Of a stretch of 64,000 bases of DNA, positions 52,055 to 64,000 are shown in pieces. The position numbers and the translations under genes are program-made. The stretch covers positions 8,866,001 to 8,930,000 of the forward strand of contig NC_088859.1 of the NCBI RefSeq assembly GCF_963853765.1, in the 5' to 3' direction. The first letter of the stretch is position 1, and each line of letters opens with the position of its first letter. Origin of the DNA: Magallana gigas (taxonomy: Eukaryota). Below the pieces are notes generated by a model. The model saw only the letters and a list, made by a program, of their open reading frames with translations, made no database searches and was not told the DNA's origin.

Positions 52055-52706
52055 GGTAGCAAGGGACAGTTTCGAATAAAGTACCCGGTCAATATTTTTG
52101 TAAAATTGAGAGTTGCGGTACTTGATGGCTTATGAGTGTTGCTAAAATTCATGAAATGGTTTTTAATGATTATCATTAGTTAGAGGGGTGTCTGTTGTTG
52201 AAATTGATATGCAATATGTAGGCCCCTTATGTTAGGTACATGAGAATCAGAAGTAAAATGCGAAACCTGCGGCTATGACTGTTGTGCTGACTTTACACAG
52301 TGAAATTGCAAGTTACAGACGGGAGGTAAAATAACACGAAAAGTAGGTGGATGGGACATTGTAAACTATACAGCGGTAAGTTTCTGACATGTGATAGTGC
52401 AACCTGCACGCGGTACGGAAGGTCAACCCTCTGCAGGGAATTAGCTGGGGGAGGTCTAAAAAGCTGAAAAATCATGAAACATTAGCAAAATATGAAAGGG
52501 TCAAAATCTCATAAAAACCAGTATGTAGAGAATTTTACAGGTTTTGACTAACAATTTTCTTCAGAAATTGGTGATTGGCCTTATAAAGAGTGAATTAAAG
52601 GTATTTGTGCTGAATGGGAACTGAGGAAATTCTAGTTACAGAGTTCCGAAGACATGCATCCCTTGGCTACAATGAATTGTATAAAAAAAAACTGTCCCCT
52701 GCCACC
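52055..52706. mobile_element. MITE with 18-bp TIR and 3-bp TAT duplication (PIF/Harbinger-like)
   Basis: GGTAGCAAGGGACAGTTT ... AAACTGTCCCCTGCCACC, with TAT on both sides. The internal sequence is repeated at 63625-64000. Confidence 0.7.
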
Positions 52707-53725
52707 TATGCCAAAGCATAGGCTGCGCCACCAGTCGGGAAATCCCCCAACCGTTAAGCTTGGGTCAATTAAATGTAAAACTAATATAACGGAAAATTTT
52801 ATAATGAAGTTAACGTATTGTTCGAAAACCAAAGGGCGCTTTTGCCACAATAGAAATAAAACAAATGAAATACTTGGTCTTAACACGTGACCAAGACAAT
52901 ACAACAAAATAGTACTAAGTGTGTCAATACAATAGCATAGACCCTTAATAGTCTATGAGTTAATAATCTAGCCTTTGTGGATTATAAAATGTTTAAATAT
53001 AAAATGAAATGTAGCGTTTTGATTGAATTTGCATCATATACAAGTAATGGTTTAGTAAGTTTCTTGAAAAAGTGCACTTGCACAGTTTTATATGACAATA
53101 AAGTCAGCAAAAAGCATTATGTTTTATTTCGAAATTATTAATACATGGAATGAAAAATTGTAATTGGACGTTAAATTATATTTGTCTAAAGGTGACGAGG
53201 CCTTTAGATAATTAATTAAACTTACTGATATCCCCCTACACACACTTACAAGAGAAAGTTCCTGTTGCATATGGTTGATGTACTAGCTATGAATTAATGT
53301 ACAAATCTAAATATGTATGTGTATTTTTGAAGAAATTGTAACAACCTGGTTTTTTCCTATTTACTTTGTCAGTGACAGCTTGTAGCCTGAAATGTACTTG
53401 TATACTATTTTTCCCGAAATATTTTTTATAGAAAAAAATGGCTCTAAAGGTGACCAGACCTTTAATTTATTAAACTGGTAGGGGGACTCTCTGACTTTTA
53501 TCCCCCTATACACACATCTACCAAAGAAATTTACTAGCTGCTGTTGTATGTACTAGCTATTTTATGTAAAAAGATAATATCTTATTTTGGCAGTATCATT
53601 TATTCATGTTGAATGACATTCCAGCTGTTTCTTGGATATTCATATCTTAAGAAAGCATCCAATCACGGGTTGATATATAATAGTTTGTCGTAATTGTCGA
53701 CATCCATAAAAAAGGACGCAACTCT

Positions 53726-57855
<4,130 letters not shown>

Positions 57856-57873
57856 GACTGCTGCGATTCAAAC

Positions 57874-57881
57874 CCGGAAGT
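57874..57881. promoter_or_regulatory. ETS/GABP-type motif CCGGAAGT just upstream of the GLOD5 start
   Basis: Perfect CCGGAAGT about 19 bp from the predicted ATG, in a locally GC-richer patch. Function is inferred. Confidence 0.4.
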
Positions 57882-58017
57882 TATATACCGGTGGATATCC
57901 TATTAATTCTTCAAGTGTCTCGTTCAAGTTCTGCCTTATCAGTTATTAAAAATTTCTACGAAAAAGCAAAAACGCCTTAACTATCAAATTAAATTGGTCT
58001 ACTATATCTCGGGGGCT

Positions 58018-58090
58018 ATCCTCACAATGTCAGGGGTCAGGCTGAGCCCACTCGTGGTCGTGGATTCAGGACCCCTGACATTGTGAGGAT
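58018..58090. repeat. 73-bp hairpin with perfect 21-bp arms
   Basis: ATCCTCACAATGTCAGGGGTC (58018-58038) and its exact reverse complement (58070-58090), flanked by GCT on both sides. Confidence 0.9.
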
Positions 58091-59850
58091 GCTCGAGGGC
58101 AAGCTGTGTCAGTCAAATTCCGATTTAAAGTATAATTATGCACATGCTAGTTTTATAGTAACAATTGGCTTCAAATAAATTATTCACACACTTAATTAAT
58201 GATAACACATATCAGTTCAAAATGGACGCAAGGTTATTTGTGTTTCGTAAATTGTGCGTTTGGAATGTGAGGAGCTGTCAAGCTCTACGGCATGTCATCT
58301 TGATCTGAATGGTTAGATACCGTACTATAACACTAGTAGATGAATCAAAAACGCTTGTCGTCAGTTTGTGCTTTATGTTACTTGTTTTGCGAAGAACTAA
58401 TTTTGAGTAAGCTTCAAAAGTATCGTGAAAATTGATTAAACACAATTTCACAACATCAACACAATAAATCATACAATATAGGTACTGGAATGAACAAGAA
58501 AGCATTGATTTTTCAAGTTGCAAAAGTTTTTTATTTTTTAATATTTTATGGCCTTTATATTGGCGGAGGTTTATTTTGCTGTTGATGAATCGGTCAAATT
58601 GCATTTAAAATATAGCATAATGATTGATAAAACTGGTCCGAATTTATAAATATATAATAACGCACAGCATATAATTCAATTTTACATACATGTATACATG
58701 TAGTCTCATAAATAGATATTGAAAGTTTGTAATTGAAATGATAATAAATCAAAAAAATAAAAAGGAAAAAAAAAACAAAACAAAAAAAACCCCCCAAAAC
58801 CAAATGAACAAACAAAACCAAACCCCCAAAACAAACCCATTTACATCGACCTAATATTACAAAGTTTAAAGTCAATGCATGTATGATGAATTGATGCTAA
58901 AAAGAAAAGGCCTCACGAATATCATATAGTCAACTGAAGTAATTTTTTTCTTTGTAGAAAATACCGGTATTCTAATGCTATAGAAATAATTTTTTCAATT
59001 GCCTGAATTGACTTGATTTAAACATATGTAATAGATAAAACACTTATTACTTTATAGTAATAGAAATTCAGTTGTCTTTGGACTTTGACTTTAAAATTTT
59101 TGGCATTGTTCACAAGTTCATAAATGGAATCTACCGGTTCATCTGATTCATATGTTGCATGAACATTCTGTAAATTGTGTACAACTGTATGCATCAATTT
59201 CAGTATTCATTTGCATTGACCACTCATGTATTAGCTACACTTAGTTGAACCACTCTTTGCATTAGTAACAAATATTTCTATTACTCACTTTTAAAATTTG
59301 TTTGAATGTCTTCTAATGTTATAAGTGTCGGTATCTATATATAGTAACATGTTGGAATTTATTTCCGATATATTTGATTAAATAAAATATGTTCTAATCT
59401 TTGAATAGTAAGGTAAACGTCGTAGACCACCCCCATCCACGGCAAACGCTTTATCCGTCCAAACGCTTTATCCGTCTGGCTTTACATTGATTATAAAACC
59501 TGCCAACTAGAGATAGTAAATTAGGCATTTAGATTAGATATCCGAACAGTCTCCACCGTCACCAAAATTTTCAAATCCCTCAACTCCTTCCTCAACTCAA
59601 ATCCTGTAAAGAAAAGTGCATAAACCTGAGGTCAAACCTAAGAGGCTGAGTATTGACTTGAGGAAAGTTGGTGACGACGAAGCCAGAACACTGGCGTGCG
59701 TGTATGATATGGTACGTCACAGTGATTCACGCGAGAGGAGATGACGTAATCAAATTTATTTTTGTTTTACCTGGAAAGAAAGATTGAGATTTAGATTTTT
59801 TAAAAAGTAGATAGGCCTATGTATGGTTAAAAATCTAATTCCAAACTCTT

Positions 59851-61964
59851 GTGCAAAATATCTTACAGGAGAGTGTACCATCAAAACTCTCATCAACCAG
59901 ATTTCACCAGGCATGGATAACGAGAGATATTAAGAGACTATCAAGACGAAAGAAAAGGAGCTTCATCAAAGCACGTAACACCAACAATAAGGCCGACATC
60001 AAAAGATACCAACGCCTAAAAAAACTAACAGAAAAAGAATGTAAAACAGCATATAAGAACTACATCGAGGACATGATCAGCCCTGAGCTAACAAACAACC
60101 CAAAGCGATTCTGGAGCTTCATAAAGAGCAAACGATGTGAAACAACAGGAGTTGCTCCACTCAGAGACACAGATGGCTTAACTTACTCAGATGGGAAGTC
60201 CAAAGCAAACATCTTAAATCAACAATTCTCCTCAGTCTTCAACAGTGATGAAGATGTAAGTACCATTCCAGATAAAGGGCCAAGTCCACACCCTGCCATG
60301 GATAACATCACAGTGACAGAGAACGGAGTGTGTAAACTGCTACGTAACTTAAACATCCATAAAACAAGTGGCCCAGATGAAATACCAACTCGACTTATTA
60401 AAGAACAAGCAGAAAATTTAGCTCCAATTTTTACAACATTCTTTCAGGCCTCCATTACACAAGGAAAATTACCATCAGACTGGAAAGAGGCAAACGTAGT
60501 TCCAATCTTTAAAAAAGGAGAAAAGTGCAAAGCTGCCAACTACAGACCTGTTTCTCTCACAGTAGTCATATGCAAGGTCCTAGAACACATAATATGCAGT
60601 AGCATTTCCAAACATCTGGAAAAACATGGAATTCTCACTGATGCCCAGCATGGATTTAGAAAGAACAGATCATGCGAGTCCCAATTGATCCTGACAGTCC
60701 AGGACCTAGCCAAGAGTATGGATCTCGGGAAACAGACGGACCTTATCCTTTTGGACTTCTCCAAAGCCTTCGATAAGGTCCCCCACGAGCGATTACTATA
60801 CAAGGCAATGTATTACGGAGTAAGAGGGTCCACACTCCAATGGATTAGGGACTTCCTCAGTGGAAGGAACCAGCGAGTAATAGTTGATGGGAAGAGCTCC
60901 AACAATGCCCCCGTCCAGTCAGGAGTCCCTCAAGGGAGCGTTCTTGGCCCGCTGATGTTCCTCCTCTTCATAAATGACCTCCCAGAATATGTCCATCAAT
61001 CCAATGTTAGACTTTTCGCTGATGATTGCGTACTAGTACTCTATCGTAATATCTGTAACAACACTGACACTATTAAACTACAAGAAGATCTCAATAGTTT
61101 ACTACAGTGGGAAACAGACTGGCAGATGGAGTTCCACCCCAGCAAATGCCAACTGCTGAGAGTCACCAACAAACGAAAACCTGTGACCAACTCCTACAAC
61201 ATCCGTGGACACAGGTTAGAAGTCGTGGACTCTGCCAAATACCTCGGGGTTACCATCCACAAGAACCTCAGATGGAACGAACACATTGATAACATCACTA
61301 AGAAAGCAAACTCCACCAGAGCTTTCATTCAACGCAACTTGCAGCACTGCCCACGTAATACCAAGGCAGCATGCTATACAACAACTGGTAAGACCCTTAG
61401 TGGAGTATGCATGTACTGTGTGGGACCCACACACAGCCCTTAACATCCAGAAACTGGAGGCAGTACAACGACGATCGGCTCGATTTGTGATGAACAACTA
61501 CTCACAAACTAGCAGTGTAACATCAATGCTTGAAATTCTCCAGTGGACATCCTTGGAAGAACGTCGAGCCAGAAACAAAGCTATAATGATGTACAGGATA
61601 GTGCATGGACTAGTAGCTATTCCATCAACTGAGTTACACCCAACGATGACTTCAGCCAGAGGCCACACAAACAGATTCCTGATTCCCTATGCTAGGACCT
61701 TATTATATAAGCATTCCTTCTTCCCAGATAGTATCAGGATCTGGAACAACTTGCCACAGAGAGCAGTGGACAGTACCTCCCTGGATGAATTCCGACAGGA
61801 GGTCCTGGCATGCAGTCTACGTTAGAGCACCACCAACTTTTACCCGGTTTTAATCTCACCTGCACTGTATATACATGCACTTGTTGTCACACCGAGCACA
61901 AGCCGAAGTGCGATGATACTCCAAGGAGTCCTGCACTTTATTGGAAGAAGAAGAAGAAGAAGAA
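59851..61964 (+). mobile_element. 5'-truncated CR1-group LINE (reverse transcriptase region) with (GAA)n tail
   Basis: RT motifs QHGFRKNRSC, LDFSKAFDKV, GVPQGSVLGP, FADD and KYLGV. +1 frameshift near 61384. C-terminus HSFFPDSIRIWNNLP. 3' UTR ends in (GAA)7 at 61944-61964. No endonuclease domain. Confidence 0.92.
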
Positions 61965-63624
61965 GTGACAAAGTATAGTATAGAAAAGCTTGGTAGCGAT
62001 TTCCGTCAGCACCGGCCGTATTTATCTCACGTGACTAATACATCCGGGTGTCTGTTGGTAAGGCCACAGAATAAAGGCCGGAAAACACGACTCCTAGGGT
62101 AATTTAGGTAACTATTTTGGTCTTTTTTACATTTATATGCGATGTGTAGATGATATTTGATACTCATGTGAAAATTCAAACTATATTGTTTAAAATTATT
62201 CATGTTTTGTAAAGGGCATCCATCGTCATTCATAACAAAGCGAACGTGCGTGAATGATGTTTATAGTGTAAATATTAGAAGAACGCGCAGCACGTGCAAA
62301 GTTAAACCTTTAATTTGATTAAATTTTTGTATCCATTAACTAAAGAATTTAATTAATACTTTGTTTAACATAATCAAAGTTATGGCGTGGACCTATTGGT
62401 CAACAATGGAAGAATTTTAGGCATGGTGTGCATCACAGCTATTTCATGTACATATGTACAAGCAGTAGTAATACCTATATATAGCTGTTCTGTTTTGGCT
62501 TCATTGTACCAAAATGAGTTAGAATATTGTTAGAACACATTTACACATATATAATATCACCCATTCATGTTAATCTTAAAAGAATTTGTTAGCTTTACTT
62601 GATTTACTGGCAGGTATACACACATTTCTATGGATGTCTATAAATATATGCATTTTTAATTGAATATGATAAGGAATCGTAGATTTGAGCAGAGATTCAT
62701 TGACATACACAAAAGTATCTGGTTTTATGATTATCAAGAAGCAAATTATGGAATAGCAGCTGATCTCTAGTTTTACAGGAAAATTTAGGTTTCAGTGCCA
62801 TTCTAGTGTGCAACCAATTTTCACTAAATACCATTTCTTGCTGGTGTATTGTTACATCATTTTTCGTATACAATTTTATGTGTTGGTAAAATGACTTATC
62901 AAAGCAATGGCAAAAAATGGTCCTTGGCAAGAATTGGTCTTAAGGCAGTAGAGTTTCAGTTCCTTGCATACGAAAATCTTGCAATTTATGGAGCACCAAA
63001 ATTCTAATGAATGTTCTAATTTCCTAACACATGCTGTGTAACTATTTGATGATTAAAATTTCCTCGTTATCATTACGTTATCATTTACTGGTACTTGCAT
63101 TAGCAAAGTAAAAGTGAAAAAGTGTTCATGCATGTAAAAAAAAAAATTTTATTTGGTCTATGAGCATGTTTAAAAGAAAGTCTGGTTCAAGTTATTTTAA
63201 TATGAGTTAACAAGAAGAGATATTATATATCAAATTGTTATTTGGTATTTTATTGGGAAATAAGGCCAGACTTTGAATTGTAAGTTTTGTTTACTTGAGA
63301 AAGGCTCTACAACATGTCAACCCAGATTTTACCTTACCGCTACTGATCTGCAGCTTTTAACTTATTGTGGACTTTATCAACCTTTATGAAAATTTAAATC
63401 ATGTTTGTAATAAGGTATTCCGAATGAACAAAATCAACACACAGGTCCAGTAGAACTTCACACAAAATCTAATAAGACCTCAAAACTCAACTGAAATGTT
63501 ATTTACTTATATGTTCTTATTTTGAAACTCATTTTTAAAAAAACTCATTCATTGTTCATTGATTCCCAATATACTTGCCTATTCTTGCCAGTTGCAACTG
63601 TTGACAAGCATTGAGTACAGCAAA

Positions 63625-64000
63625 ATAGTACCTGTCAATATTTTTTTGAAGTCGAGAGTTGCTGTACTTTAAGGCTTATGTGTGTTGTTAAAATTCATGA
63701 AATGATTTTTAATGATTATCATTAGTGAGAGGGATGTCTCTTGTTGAAATTTTTTTGCAATATTTAGGCCCCTAATGTTAAGTTCATGGGAATCAGAAGT
63801 AAAATGCGAAACTTGCGGCCATGGCTGTTGTGTTAACTTTACACAGTGAAATTGCAAGTTACAGACGAGAGGTAAAATAACATGAAATGTAGGTGGATGA
63901 TGAGGTAAACTGTGAACTATATACTGGTAAGTTTCTGACATGTGATGGTACAAAGTGCACATGGTACCGAATGTCGAAATCTCAGAAAAACCAGTATGTA
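63625..64000. repeat. Second, diverged copy of the 52055-52706 element, cut by the window end
   Basis: Collinear with about 52080-52525 (e.g. AAAATTCATGAAATG.TTTTTAATGATTATCATTAG, ACTTTACACAGTGAAATTGCAAGTTACAGACG, AAAAACCAGTATGTA). Confidence 0.8.

Noticed and set aside
53180-53550. Degenerate ~265-bp direct duplication between gene B and GLOD5
   Set aside because: Low identity, no termini or coding signal; probably old repeat debris.

Overview
AT-rich, intron-containing animal genomic DNA; the repeat landscape resembles an oyster or other bivalve (inference). I could assemble five intact spliced genes by hand with phase-consistent GT-AG junctions. They are: ACOD1/IRG1 cis-aconitate decarboxylase (+, 8758-10780); a PhyH-family Fe(II)/2-oxoglutarate dioxygenase (-, 14763-16533); two head-to-head paralogues of about 840 aa, each fusing SatP/Gpr1/Fun34/YaaH-like carboxylate-channel repeats to a C-terminal YrdC/Sua5 domain (-, 43172-46704 and +, 47020-51546); and GLOD5, a VOC/glyoxalase protein with a mitochondrial-type leader (-, 53726-57855). 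All five are small-metabolite enzymes or transporters. The set parallels fungal itaconate biosynthesis clusters and bacterial itaconate-response operons (decarboxylase, oxygenase, VOC protein, exporter). The headline hypothesis is an animal itaconate-centred metabolic gene cluster; this is inference and untested. The rest of the window is transposon-rich: a 407-bp TRIM-like LTR element with tRNA-derived LTRs, an 811-bp foldback element, a Helentron-like element with a ~435-bp tandem array, a dead Tc1 transposase, Penelope, LINE and ORF1-like remnants, many MITEs, and one 137-N assembly gap.
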